Virus record (IMG/VR): IMGVR_UViG_3300027822_000003
Location: 1 to 62,626 of that record
Origin: a virus
DNA: 62,626 bases
Direction: 5' to 3' (one strand)
The position numbers were made by a program, and so were the translations under genes. This document shows positions 15,896-24,968 of this stretch, one piece after another. The first letter of the stretch is position 1, and each line of letters begins with the position of its first letter. Below the pieces are notes generated by a model. That model ran no database searches and was not told the origin of the DNA. It saw nothing but the letters and a program-made list of their open reading frames with translations.

Positions 15896-16095
15896 GTTTT
15901 ATGTCCTTTTTTAATTTTATTAATTCCAGACATTTTTAAGTATCCAGCGAATCTATCCCTGAAAAACTCATTATCATACACCAGAATCATATCAGAATAA
16001 CCTATGTCGCAACAAAATGTATTCATATCACAGGCTTGATCAAAATCATCTCTGCTTGAAAATTTTATTATCCATGTTTTAAATAGATCTTCCAT
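15892..16095 (-). CDS. hypothetical protein (first gene of the leftward operon)
   Basis: 67-aa ORF. Confidence 0.5.
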   Translation of the reverse strand: MEDLFKTWIIKFSSRDDFDQACDMNTFCCDIGYSDMILVYDNEFFRDRFAGYLKMSGINKIKKGHKT

Positions 16096-16127
16096 ATTTT
16101 ATATCCTGTCTCTGTTTTTTAAAAATA

Positions 16128-16176
16128 ACTGCTCAAACTCTACCGACTTACGCAAAAAATCATTTTTACTGCTCAA
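16128..16176. promoter_or_regulatory. two direct ACTGCTCAA boxes spaced 40 bp apart in the leftward leader (operator candidates)
   Basis: actgctcaa at 16128-16136 and at 16168-16176. Confidence 0.35.
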
Positions 16177-16187
16177 GTTTTGAACGG

Positions 16188-16216
16188 ATTATAACTTAAG
16201 AAAAAAGCAATGTCAA
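16188..16216 (-). promoter_or_regulatory. leftward sigma70-type promoter (consensus TTGACA-N17-TATAAT)
   Basis: Minus-sense TTGACA (16216-16211), a 17-nt spacer, then TATAAT (16193-16188). Both hexamers are perfect. Confidence 0.7.
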
Positions 16217-16230
16217 GAATAAAAAAAACA

Positions 16231-16259
16231 TTGACATAAAATTTTTTATATTTTATATT
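16231..16259 (+). promoter_or_regulatory. rightward sigma70-type promoter (TTGACA-N17-TATATT)
   Basis: TTGACA at 16231-16236, a 17-nt spacer, then TATATT at 16254-16259. The two -35 boxes are 14 bp apart, back to back. Confidence 0.65.
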
Positions 16260-16279
16260 TAAGCCATCTTAAATATAAA
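16252..16279. promoter_or_regulatory. perfect 12-bp inverted repeat overlapping the rightward -10 (operator candidate)
   Basis: tttatatttaag (16252-16263), spacer ccat, then cttaaatataaa (16268-16279). Confidence 0.55.
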
Positions 16280-16296
16280 TACAGGAGGTTACAAAA

Positions 16297-16506
16297 ATGA
16301 GAATAGATTACGTTTACAACGAAAAGTTAAAAGGAATGATTCATAAAAGAGGATTAAAAAATAACTGGATTGCAACGCAAGTCGGAGTTGATGCAGGGAT
16401 ATTAACAAAGTGGATAACGGGAGAAAGGGAACCGACTATAGTCCAAAAAACTATTTTGGCAGGAGTTTTAAACTGCCAGCTTAAAGAAATTTTTAATGAT
16501 ATATAA
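16297..16506 (+). CDS. XRE/Cro-type helix-turn-helix regulator
   Basis: LKNNWIATQVGVDAGILTKWITGEREPT is a typical HTH_3 pattern. AGGAGG RBS. First rightward gene. Confidence 0.75.
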   Translation: MRIDYVYNEKLKGMIHKRGLKNNWIATQVGVDAGILTKWITGEREPTIVQKTILAGVLNCQLKEIFNDI

Positions 16507-16518
16507 AGGAGAAAAGAT

Positions 16519-16698
16519 ATGGCTGAAATAAATATAAATGTAAAGGTTCGTGGCGGCAAGCGAACAAAAACGGAAATTTTTGTGGGATCATCGGCGATTA
16601 ATAAGAGAAAAATAACATTTGCAAATGGTTGTTTTATCTCAGATAAAAACTTGGAATTGCTTATTTATGACGCGATTAGAAAGGTTATAAGTGAATAA
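16519..16698 (+). CDS. 59-aa hypothetical protein
   Basis: MAEININVKVRGGKRTKTEIFVGSS... AAGGAG upstream. Below the track cut-off. Confidence 0.4.
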   Translation: MAEININVKVRGGKRTKTEIFVGSSAINKRKITFANGCFISDKNLELLIYDAIRKVISE

Positions 16699-16717
16699 TT
16701 AAACGGAGGAATCAAAT

Positions 16718-17872
16718 ATGGAAAATGAAATAATTGAAATGAAACAAAGTTTTGAAGTTGCAAAGATTTTATTCCCGACAGAAGAATACGTACAAGCAGT
16801 AGAGGATGAATTTCGAGACTTCCCTACTGACATGACAGTTCCGGAAAATTATGCACTTGTTAAGTCAGGCGTAAAAAAGGTGAAGAGGTACCTCACAGCT
16901 ACCGAGAAGTACAGGAAGTCGTCTCAGGCAAAAGAATTGCTCCACTGCCAAAACACGAATAAGGCCGCAAATATTCTTTCCAGTAGATTTTCAGCCGTAA
17001 ACGACCCGATGGTAAAAGTTGTTAAGGACTATGAAATAAAAATAGAAATACAGAAAAGGGAAGCTGAACGAATTGAAAAAGAAAGACAGGAAGCGATTGA
17101 AACCAGGATTAATAACATAACTGGCTTGGTGTCCACACTCATCCAGTCTGATGCAAATGAAGTTAAAAAGCAAATTGATACTTTAACAAATAATGATGTA
17201 ACGGCCTGGGCTGATGAATATAAAATCAAGGCTATTGAATTAAAAAGTTCTGTAATGGTGCAGCTTGTGGAACTGTATAACATGAAAATACAGGTTGAAA
17301 CGGCCAAAGAGGCTACGGAAAAAGCCGAAGAAGAAAGGCTCGAAAAAGAAAAGGAGGAACAAAAAAAAAGAGATGCAGAACAAAAAGCCATACGCATTGA
17401 AAATGCCAAACTTAAGGCTGAGCAGGAAAAGGATGCTGCCAAACTAAGGGCTGCCAATAAAATTATTGCTGATCAAAAAGAAGCGGCGGAACTCGCTGAG
17501 CAAAAAAGAAAAATCGCGGAAAAAGAAGCCCGGGACGCTGCTGAAAAAGAACGGTTAAGAATTGTCCAAGAAAAGAAAAGGGAAGAAAAAAAAGCTGCTG
17601 ATGCAATTGAGACTGAGAAATTAAGGATCAAAAAAGAAAAAGAAGAGAGAGAGAAGGCGGAGGTCGATGCCAAACTTAAAGCTGAGAAGGCTGAGGCTGA
17701 TGAAATTGCAAAAAAAGAAGCTGTTGATTTAACTACAAAACAAATTATTACGCAAATGACAGGTTGTCTTGGGAATGCTGGAAGCCCGGGAGAAGAGGAG
17801 GAAGCCTTTGTTTTTTTTCTAATAAAGGCTATCCAAGAGGATAAGTTCAATCACATTAAATGGGTAAACTAA
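16718..17872 (+). CDS. coiled-coil / charged single-helix (K/E/A-rich) protein, DUF1351-like N-terminus
   Basis: About 200 aa of an EKxxEE/KAEK low-complexity helix. The N-terminal region recalls DUF1351 proteins found next to phage recombination genes (recalled, weak). Confidence 0.35.
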   Translation: MENEIIEMKQSFEVAKILFPTEEYVQAVEDEFRDFPTDMTVPENYALVKSGVKKVKRYLTATEKYRKSSQAKELLHCQNTNKAANILSSRFSAVNDPMVKVVKDYEIKIEIQKREAERIEKERQEAIETRINNITGLVSTLIQSDANEVKKQIDTLTNNDVTAWADEYKIKAIELKSSVMVQLVELYNMKIQVETAKEATEKAEEERLEKEKEEQKKRDAEQKAIRIENAKLKAEQEKDAAKLRAANKIIADQKEAAELAEQKRKIAEKEARDAAEKERLRIVQEKKREEKKAADAIETEKLRIKKEKEEREKAEVDAKLKAEKAEADEIAKKEAVDLTTKQIITQMTGCLGNAGSPGEEEEAFVFFLIKAIQEDKFNHIKWVN

Positions 17873-17894
17873 AATATAAGAAAGGAATAATATT

Positions 17895-18713
17895 ATGAGT
17901 AAAACTAAACTTAAAACAGAGGAATTACCGAGCATTCAAGATGATGACTATGTTGAAACACAGAAAAGCTTACCAACCATTAAGGAGCCAGCAGAACTCC
18001 CGGCAGTAGCGGATGAACCATTTGACGATGGACTTGGTGATGTAACACAAGAAGATCTTATCATTCCACGGTTAAGGGTGGGGCAAAAGCAATCCGAAGG
18101 CGATGTCGAGGGGAAACTCTTTATTGATGTTACCGGCGATGCAGTCGAAGAGATGACGTTGGTTATATTGAAAATGCATAAAAGCCGCATTCTCTTTCCA
18201 GAGGATTTTAATCTCGAGAATGACCCACTTTGCAAGAGCGATGATAGCAAAGTGCCGAATAACGCTGAGGATGTATTTACGCCGATGTCCGATACTTGTG
18301 CGGATTGTGAATATGCTAAATGGACAAAGAATGATGCCGGGAAAAGTAAGCCACCACGGTGCAATGAGTCGTGGGATTTTTTAGTGCTCGACTATAACAC
18401 TTTTATGCCATGCTGGTTTTCCTTGAAATCAACAGCATTAAAACCTGCCAGGAAAATTGTATCCATGCTGAAACTGCGTGGAACAGTAAAAAAGATTCCT
18501 GCGTGGGGTTTTAAATTCACAGCTTCGGTTTCCATGATAACAAGTCCGGCGGGCAATTCATACGTGCCAGTATTTTCAAGCCTGGATGAGCTTGAAGCGG
18601 ATGATTTTGAGCAAATGACACTTATCCATAACCAACTATCAGGGGAGCAGGCAAACTTTGAAGACGAAAAACCTGTTGGGCAAAAAGCTGAAGAAGTGGA
18701 TGATAATTTTTAA
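17895..18713 (+). CDS. Cys4-cluster protein of the recombination/replication module
   Basis: CKSDD...CADCEYAKW...PPRCNE cluster. Acidic N- and C-termini. No family confidently recalled. Confidence 0.35.
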   Translation: MSKTKLKTEELPSIQDDDYVETQKSLPTIKEPAELPAVADEPFDDGLGDVTQEDLIIPRLRVGQKQSEGDVEGKLFIDVTGDAVEEMTLVILKMHKSRILFPEDFNLENDPLCKSDDSKVPNNAEDVFTPMSDTCADCEYAKWTKNDAGKSKPPRCNESWDFLVLDYNTFMPCWFSLKSTALKPARKIVSMLKLRGTVKKIPAWGFKFTASVSMITSPAGNSYVPVFSSLDELEADDFEQMTLIHNQLSGEQANFEDEKPVGQKAEEVDDNF

Positions 18714-18726
18714 CATGCTTTAACAC

Positions 18727-18758
18727 TAAAAAGGCCGGATATATATCCGGCCTTTTTA
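18727..18758 (+). terminator. rho-independent terminator (bidirectional hairpin)
   Basis: aaaaaggccggatat/atatccggccttttt is a perfect 10-bp GC-rich stem flanked by an A-run and a T-run. Confidence 0.75.
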
Positions 18759-18772
18759 GTGGGGGAAAGATT

Positions 18773-19501
18773 ATGATAAAACTTTGCAATTTAGGATCAG
18801 GATCGAGTGGAAATGCCACATATATTGAGTTTGATGGATATGGCCTTTTACTTGATGCCGGATTTTCGTTCAAAGAATTAAAGAGACGCCTCGATTGGAT
18901 AGGTAAGCGAATTGATCATGTAAAAACTATTTTTATTTCACATGATCATAAAGATCATATCCAATCTGTTCCGCAGATACGCAAAAAACATCCGGATATA
19001 TTTATTCATAAAGACGTATTCCCGGCATCAATAATAATAAGCAGAGCTCCCATTCAGGTAAAAGCATTTTTATTGTCCCACGATTCCCCTTGCTACGGTT
19101 TTGATTTGACATATAAAGACTTCAAATTGACTTACATACCTGATACCGGCTGCATCACTGAGGCTGCCGCAAAAGCTCTGTTTAATCTTAAGGGCATAGC
19201 AAACCATGTCATAATTATTGAATGTAATTATGACTTAAAGACGCTCACTGAGGGACGATACGAATCAGAATTAATGGAACGCATCTTTTCTAATGAAGGT
19301 CACATGGACAATATTGATTCTGCCTGGATATTAAAAGAAGTCTGGCATGATAAACTGCGGCTTGTATTGCCGTTTCATTTATCTACGGAAAACAATAACT
19401 ATGATTTAGTCGAGTATGAAATTAAGAAAGCTATCGGACAGGGTGTTGATGTGGTTTGTACGAAGCAGGAAACACCAACAAAAGTTTTTTATTTTATATA
19501 G
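18773..19501 (+). CDS. metallo-beta-lactamase-fold hydrolase or nuclease
   Basis: HDHKDH (HxHxDH) motif after LLLDAG. GGGGGAAAG RBS. Confidence 0.75.
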   Translation: MIKLCNLGSGSSGNATYIEFDGYGLLLDAGFSFKELKRRLDWIGKRIDHVKTIFISHDHKDHIQSVPQIRKKHPDIFIHKDVFPASIIISRAPIQVKAFLLSHDSPCYGFDLTYKDFKLTYIPDTGCITEAAAKALFNLKGIANHVIIIECNYDLKTLTEGRYESELMERIFSNEGHMDNIDSAWILKEVWHDKLRLVLPFHLSTENNNYDLVEYEIKKAIGQGVDVVCTKQETPTKVFYFI

Positions 19502-19517
19502 ATCATTGGAGATACTT

Positions 19518-20426
19518 ATGGAAATAATTAAAATAAAAGGAAAAATTAATAAGATTACATATAGGAATGCAGATAATTGGGCCGTATTCTCAGTACAGGC
19601 CATCCCTGATGATATTTCTTGCACGGGTATATTACCATCAATGTGCGATTCTGGCTTTAGTGTTGAATGCGAAGGTGTTTGGACGCAAGGTAAATACGGC
19701 AAACAATTAAAATGTAAAACCGTTGCGCCTGTGGCTCCAGATACGAATTCAAAAAGTGGCGTTATCAGTCTCTTATGTTTATTACCAAACATCGGAAAAG
19801 TGAAAGCCACCGCTGCGGTTGAGGAATTAGGCCCAGAAATGGCCTGGAAGATGGCGCAAGAATGTCCATCTTATTTGGGCGTAACCACAGTTGATAAATC
19901 GTTAGAGATACAAGAGAAAGCTAAAGGCTTAGTATCTAATTACAAGGCAACTACTTATTTATTAGGTATAGGTTTAACGGAAAATCAAACCAATAAAATT
20001 ATAAAAAGATATGGTATTAATGAGGCCATAACGCAGATACAGACTGACCCATATCAACTCATCAATGATATTGACGGTTTTGGGTTTAGAATTGTTGATG
20101 GAATTAGCTTAAAGGCCGGATTGAAAAGCGATAGTGAACAAAGAATTCTTGCATGTATTTCGTTTTGTCTGGATGACAGCGAAAAAAATAATGGTAATAT
20201 ATGGATTTATGGCGGCGCATTGGTAAAAATGGTTATTAATGAACTGGTTGACTCCGCAATGGTTCAAAACCAGCCCATAAAACCGCCTGAATATTGTACC
20301 GTAAAAAAATTAATCCAACGGCTTGCGGCGGCAAAAAAGGTCATTATAGATAAAAATAAAATATATTCTGCTAATCTATTTAATTGTGAAAGAATTATTT
20401 ATAATGCGATTAAAGGAGAAATATGA
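19518..20426 (+). CDS. RecD2-type helicase, N-terminal (OB/HhH) part as a separate polypeptide
   Basis: MEIIKIKGKINKITYRNADNWAVFSV start with GGAGA RBS. HhH-like LPNIGKVKATAAVEELG and GIGLTENQTNKII. The track start 19416 overlaps the upstream gene and is rejected. Confidence 0.55.
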   Translation: MEIIKIKGKINKITYRNADNWAVFSVQAIPDDISCTGILPSMCDSGFSVECEGVWTQGKYGKQLKCKTVAPVAPDTNSKSGVISLLCLLPNIGKVKATAAVEELGPEMAWKMAQECPSYLGVTTVDKSLEIQEKAKGLVSNYKATTYLLGIGLTENQTNKIIKRYGINEAITQIQTDPYQLINDIDGFGFRIVDGISLKAGLKSDSEQRILACISFCLDDSEKNNGNIWIYGGALVKMVINELVDSAMVQNQPIKPPEYCTVKKLIQRLAAAKKVIIDKNKIYSANLFNCERIIYNAIKGEI

Positions 20427-21640
20427 AATTTGACAAGCATCAAACGACAGCTATCAACAATATATATAGTAGTGATAAAAAAATTATTGTGCTTACGGGG
20501 GGGCCAGGAAGAGGAAAAACAACCATCCTGAAAGAATTAATACATTTATTTGGAAATAAAAAAATATATCTTACGGCTCCCACGGGCAAGGCGGCCAAGG
20601 TCATGGAAGAGGCTTTGAACGGAATTTGTCTAATAAACCAGCCGATGACTATTCATCGGCTATTAGGATGTCAGGGGCCAGGAGTATGGCACCATGACGA
20701 AAACAATAGGCTTGATGCGGATATAGTGATTTGCGATGAAGCTTCTATGGTGGGCAGCGAACTTCTTGCACGCATTATCAATGGTGTTTCAGAAAATGCA
20801 AAATTAGTTCTTGTTGGGGATGCAGATCAACTCCCCCCGGTGCCGCCTGGGTGCCCATTTCGTGATCTTTGCGATACAGACAACAAATCTATTATTAACA
20901 AGCTCATTGTCAATTTTAGACAAGCAGAAGGCAGTTTAATCGCGGATGCTTGCGACCGGGTAAAAAAAAGAAAACAAATTTTATTCGGAAGATATGGTCA
21001 AAAAACATTAGGTGGAACCAGGTATGATGATTTATTTTTCAAAGGCATAGAAGATAAAGAACTTATACCTGATATTGTTTTAGATACTTGCCGCCAATGG
21101 GCTGATATCGGGATGGATTATCAAGTTTTATCACCACAACATTCAGGCGTATGCGGTGTAGAGAATATAAATAAGTTCATGCAATTAAAATTAAATCCCG
21201 CTGGCATGGGGAGAAGAGAGTATGTAGCGTCTGCTTTTCTTACCCTGCGGGTTGGCGATAAAGTGATTAATAAGAAAAATAATTATAAACTGGACATCTT
21301 TAATGGTTATGTTGGGAGGATAATCAAAATATCGGATGATGGGATAGTTATCAATTTTGATGGGCAGGAGGTTATGCTTTCTGACCGTGCTGACATCAAA
21401 AACCTACGCCTGGCTTATTGCCTTACTATCCATTCAAGCCAAGGCAGCGAATACGCAAATGGGGTTATCCTTATGCACAGCAGCCACTATTTTATGTTGA
21501 GTAATAGTTTACTATATGTTGCCCTAAGCCGATTTAAAGAGCGGCTTACCGTGATTGGGAACAAAAAAGGATTGAATCGGGCAATTAAAAACGTAAAATC
21601 GAATAATAGGCAAACATATTTAGGGGATGTCTTGATATGA
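20423..21640 (+). CDS. RecD2/TraA-family SF1 helicase core
   Basis: Walker A GGPGRGKTT. Motif II ICDEASMV. LVGDADQLPPV. TIHSSQGSE. YVALSRFKERL. Confidence 0.8.
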   Translation: MKFDKHQTTAINNIYSSDKKIIVLTGGPGRGKTTILKELIHLFGNKKIYLTAPTGKAAKVMEEALNGICLINQPMTIHRLLGCQGPGVWHHDENNRLDADIVICDEASMVGSELLARIINGVSENAKLVLVGDADQLPPVPPGCPFRDLCDTDNKSIINKLIVNFRQAEGSLIADACDRVKKRKQILFGRYGQKTLGGTRYDDLFFKGIEDKELIPDIVLDTCRQWADIGMDYQVLSPQHSGVCGVENINKFMQLKLNPAGMGRREYVASAFLTLRVGDKVINKKNNYKLDIFNGYVGRIIKISDDGIVINFDGQEVMLSDRADIKNLRLAYCLTIHSSQGSEYANGVILMHSSHYFMLSNSLLYVALSRFKERLTVIGNKKGLNRAIKNVKSNNRQTYLGDVLI

Positions 21641-23973
21641 GTGTAGCCGCGTCAATTTCTGCTGCGTTAGACGGATCCCGTTCTGGAGATGGTTATCTCG
21701 TTAAATGCCCTGCTCATCCAGATAAAACCGCCAGCTTATCAGTTAAAGATACTATAGACAAAAATGGAAAACCGGATGTCATAGTTCATTGCCATAGCGG
21801 TTGCTCATGGAAAACTGTAAAAGATCAGTTACGGACGATGGGTTTGCTACCTAATTTTGAACAAACAAAAAAGATATCCCCTGCGCCTGTGAATTTTATA
21901 TGGACGAAAGCTAAAAATGACCCTGAAACAGTAAGGAAAGTATTAAAAACAAGGGGTATTTACATAGGATATGATTCCCCTGCTATTCGTGTAAACCGAT
22001 ATAAAAAAGAGGATAATCTTGTGTTTGCCATGACTAAGCCTGGTGACGACAAGGTTTTGGCGGTTCAACGAATGACTTTTGATGGCGAAACATTCATCAA
22101 GTCAGGTAAGGGCAAGATGTTCGGCAAAAACAATAATGGTGAGAATTTTTGCCGAGGCCGAGGCGTTTTTTTTTATAGGAAGCAGTCTGTTGAAACCTTT
22201 ATTGTAGGAGAGGGAATAGAAACGACCTTGTCCGCGATGCAATCTATGGATATGAATGGCTGTGCCTGTCTATCCACGGCTGGAATGCAGGGGGTTTCGC
22301 TTCCGAGTGGGATAAAAAAACTTTATATAATAGTGGACTCTGATACAAGTTTTGGAGGCCAAAAAGCTGCGATTGCCCTGGCCTCCAAAGTGGATATTGA
22401 AACTTTTTTTGTCACACCTTGCAATGAATGTTTCTCTGATGAACCCATTAAACTGGATTTTAATGATCTTTTGATGAATGGCGGCTCAATTAAAGAACGA
22501 TTTGATCAGGCTATACCTGTAAAAGAGCTTATTTGGTCGGTGCCACCACAGACAGAACAACCGGAGAATAATGATATTTATCCGCCTGAAACATTAAAAG
22601 AATTGGAGGGGCTGAATAAAGTTTTTGGCGCGGCTCTGCTATCTGGGACATTCCGCGTCTTGAAAGAATGGTTTGACGGGCATAAACATTTTCTATCGTT
22701 CCTAAAGGCTTATGATTTTGAATTATTTTTTAGAAACAAGCGTGTTTTTGTTTTTAAAGATGAGGACCTGAAGCCAGCTCCGCTCGGGAAGTTATGGTTA
22801 GATTGGGAGGGTAGGCGCACCTATAACGAAGTGACTTTTGACCCATCATTAAAGAAGGATACCCCTGGGGTATATAATATGTTTAGGGGGTTATTGGAGC
22901 CAAAAAAAGGTGATTGGTCAAAAATACGATGGCATACAAAAAACATTATTTGTAACGGAGATGATGAGATATATAAATATGTGATCGCCTGGATAGCTCG
23001 CGCAGTGCAAGACCCTGGTGGGAAGCGGCCAGGGGTAGCCTTAGTCTTACAGGGAGGCAAAGGTATAGGAAAGGGTTTTTGGGCTGATTACATGGGGAAA
23101 ATGTTTGGTGAGGGATACCTTCCCTTAGCTGATGCTGCCGGGTTTACAGGAAAATTTAATATGCATATGTCTAAAGCTATTTTAGTTTTTCTTGACGAAG
23201 CCACGTTCGGGGGTGACAAAAAAAATAAAGGTAAATTGCAAAATATGATTACCGATCCTGTAACGCTATTTGAACCGAAAGGAATCGACTCGATAACTAT
23301 GCGTAATTATATGAATGTTATTATTGCAAGCAACGAAGAATGGATTGTTCCGGCATCCAGTGATGAGCGAAGATATTTAGTCTTAGCCGTTAACGAAGAT
23401 AAAAAACTTAATACAGATTACTTTAATGGCATAGATGACGAAATGGAGAATGGTGGCCCAGCAGCAATGATGTATGATTTATTGCGGTATGATTATTCTG
23501 CTGTAAATTTAAGAAAAGCTCCTTTCACGCAAGCGCTCTCTGAACAAATAGAGACATCTTTGCCTGTAGTTTTTGCTTTCTGGCAATTTGTCCTTGAACG
23601 AGAATTTTTATTATCGGACAAGTTTACAGGTGCCCCGATTGAAACTCGATGCGGAGTTGATCAGAATGTTGCATGGCCGGAAGAAATCTGGAAATATGAA
23701 ATTTATAATGAATTTCTGGAATTTTCTAATAAGAATAAGGAAAGGTATATTGTTTCAAATAGAAGTTTCTGGAGACAAACATGGCAAGTTTGGCCAGGTG
23801 GTAGCCCTGTAAGAAAACAAAAAAGACAAGATGGAGATGTGAAAGATTTTCTTGATTTGCCCAAAATATACGAAATGAAAAGTTCGTTTTCGAAACACGT
23901 TAAAGTTTTTTTTGATGAAGGAAAAACTTATAGTGAAAACACTTCTTTCGATTTTGGAGCCAATATTGAGTGA
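21637..23973 (+). CDS. bifunctional primase-helicase (Zn-finger, Toprim, D5/VirE-type P-loop; P4 alpha-like architecture)
   Basis: CPAHPDKTASLSV...HCHSGC zinc motif. Toprim VGEGIETTLS and IVDSDTSFGGQKAA. P-loop LQGGKGIGKG and Walker B VFLDEA. Confidence 0.8.
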   Translation: MSVAASISAALDGSRSGDGYLVKCPAHPDKTASLSVKDTIDKNGKPDVIVHCHSGCSWKTVKDQLRTMGLLPNFEQTKKISPAPVNFIWTKAKNDPETVRKVLKTRGIYIGYDSPAIRVNRYKKEDNLVFAMTKPGDDKVLAVQRMTFDGETFIKSGKGKMFGKNNNGENFCRGRGVFFYRKQSVETFIVGEGIETTLSAMQSMDMNGCACLSTAGMQGVSLPSGIKKLYIIVDSDTSFGGQKAAIALASKVDIETFFVTPCNECFSDEPIKLDFNDLLMNGGSIKERFDQAIPVKELIWSVPPQTEQPENNDIYPPETLKELEGLNKVFGAALLSGTFRVLKEWFDGHKHFLSFLKAYDFELFFRNKRVFVFKDEDLKPAPLGKLWLDWEGRRTYNEVTFDPSLKKDTPGVYNMFRGLLEPKKGDWSKIRWHTKNIICNGDDEIYKYVIAWIARAVQDPGGKRPGVALVLQGGKGIGKGFWADYMGKMFGEGYLPLADAAGFTGKFNMHMSKAILVFLDEATFGGDKKNKGKLQNMITDPVTLFEPKGIDSITMRNYMNVIIASNEEWIVPASSDERRYLVLAVNEDKKLNTDYFNGIDDEMENGGPAAMMYDLLRYDYSAVNLRKAPFTQALSEQIETSLPVVFAFWQFVLEREFLLSDKFTGAPIETRCGVDQNVAWPEEIWKYEIYNEFLEFSNKNKERYIVSNRSFWRQTWQVWPGGSPVRKQKRQDGDVKDFLDLPKIYEMKSSFSKHVKVFFDEGKTYSENTSFDFGANIE

Positions 23974-23975
23974 TT

Positions 23976-24300
23976 TTGTCACATATTACGGTATTTTTAC
24001 ACGATATAGAGTTTTTAAAAAAAACATAGTGACAGTGGTAAGTGTTTGTTTTAATTGAATTAAAATCATTTTTGTCACGGAAACACGATGTAACGGTTAA
24101 AAAATAGAAAAAATTCTATAGTAAAAAAAAATGTTTTTTAGGTGATTCTATTAAACAATAAAAACCTATTTTCCCTATATATATAATATAATTTTTTAAT
24201 AGTGACAACCGTGACATTGTGACAGGGATTTCAAATTTATAATAATATAAATAGGTTAGAGAAATTTATATTGTCACCCCAACCGTCACGGGTTGTCACA
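23976..24300. repeat. iteron array: 8 exact TGTCAC/GTGACA hexamers plus one variant around an AT-rich core (origin of replication candidate)
   Basis: tgtcac at 23977, 24073, 24272 and 24294. gtgaca at 24029, 24202, 24211 and 24219. cgtcac at 24284. Three copies in each orientation form an inverted cluster (24202-24224 against 24272-24299) flanking about 47 bp of AT-rich DNA. Confidence 0.55.
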
Positions 24301-24351
24301 CAATATATAAGCTGTTGAATTTATTAGACTTTTTAACAAAGGAGATAGGTA

Positions 24352-24666
24352 GTGCCCAATCTAATGTCATTCGCTCATTTGAAAAAGAAACCTACAAAAA
24401 AGATGCAGAGTGATTTAACCGGGAACCTTAAAGATAAGTCTGTGCAAATTAAACAAAAGCCTCAAGAACACAGCACGGCAAAATTGATTGAGTCAAGATA
24501 TTGCTATGGCTGTTTGGATTTTTCTGTGGACTACCCCGAAACAAGCATAGCAATGCATTGGTGTAGAAGGTGGCATCCAGATGGAACTTGTAGCTTTAAA
24601 AGAATCTTTCCTGAATATCTTGTTAGGGATTGTAAGGGACGGAGGCGGGTGGAGGTTTTAATATAG
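24352..24666 (+). CDS. hypothetical basic Cys-containing protein
   Basis: GTG start 7 nt after AAGGAG. 104 aa. Confidence 0.45.
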   Translation: MPNLMSFAHLKKKPTKKMQSDLTGNLKDKSVQIKQKPQEHSTAKLIESRYCYGCLDFSVDYPETSIAMHWCRRWHPDGTCSFKRIFPEYLVRDCKGRRRVEVLI

Positions 24667-24729
24667 TTCTTTACAATCCGCAAACTATAAGGTATATTTC
24701 TATAAGTTTTTAAAAAGGGAGGTGATTGG

Positions 24730-24882
24730 ATGACTCAAAAAGAAAAAGAAGTTTTAATAGGTTTTTTTGCGGACGAATCGTTTAGGAGGAAATTCAAGGC
24801 GATGGTTGCAGAAAAAGGCAAGACGATCAGGGAGGTGGCTATCAGTCTTATTGAGGGCTGGATGAATAGCCACAGCAAGTAA
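24730..24882 (+). CDS. ribbon-helix-helix (Arc/CopG-like) 50-aa protein
   Basis: MTQKEKEVLIGFFADESFRRKFKAMVAEKGKTIREVAISLIEGWMNSHSK shows a beta-strand then two helices. GGGAGG RBS. Confidence 0.5.
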   Translation: MTQKEKEVLIGFFADESFRRKFKAMVAEKGKTIREVAISLIEGWMNSHSK

Positions 24883-24968
24883 TGTGCTGGGGTATAGGTT
24901 GGACGATCTTTTTTTTTGAAGGCCAGTATAAGCGTAAATTATTTTAGTCGATTTTAGGGGGCAAAGTA

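Noticed and set aside
16297-16506. A temperate lifestyle (CI/Cro lysogeny switch)
   Set aside because: Only one small XRE HTH is present. There is no integrase, excisionase, partition system or CI-sized repressor, so lysogeny cannot be called.
17029-17850. Minus-strand ORFs 17029-17457 and 17473-17850
   Set aside because: They are the antisense of the K/E/A-rich low-complexity coding region of 16718-17872. Their Ser/Phe/Ala-rich translations are the expected mirror artefact.
19416-19517. The long 5' extension of the RecD2 N-terminal ORF given by the track
   Set aside because: It overlaps the 3' end of the MBL gene. ATG 19518 has a GGAGA RBS and starts the conserved MEIIKIKGKI... N-terminus.
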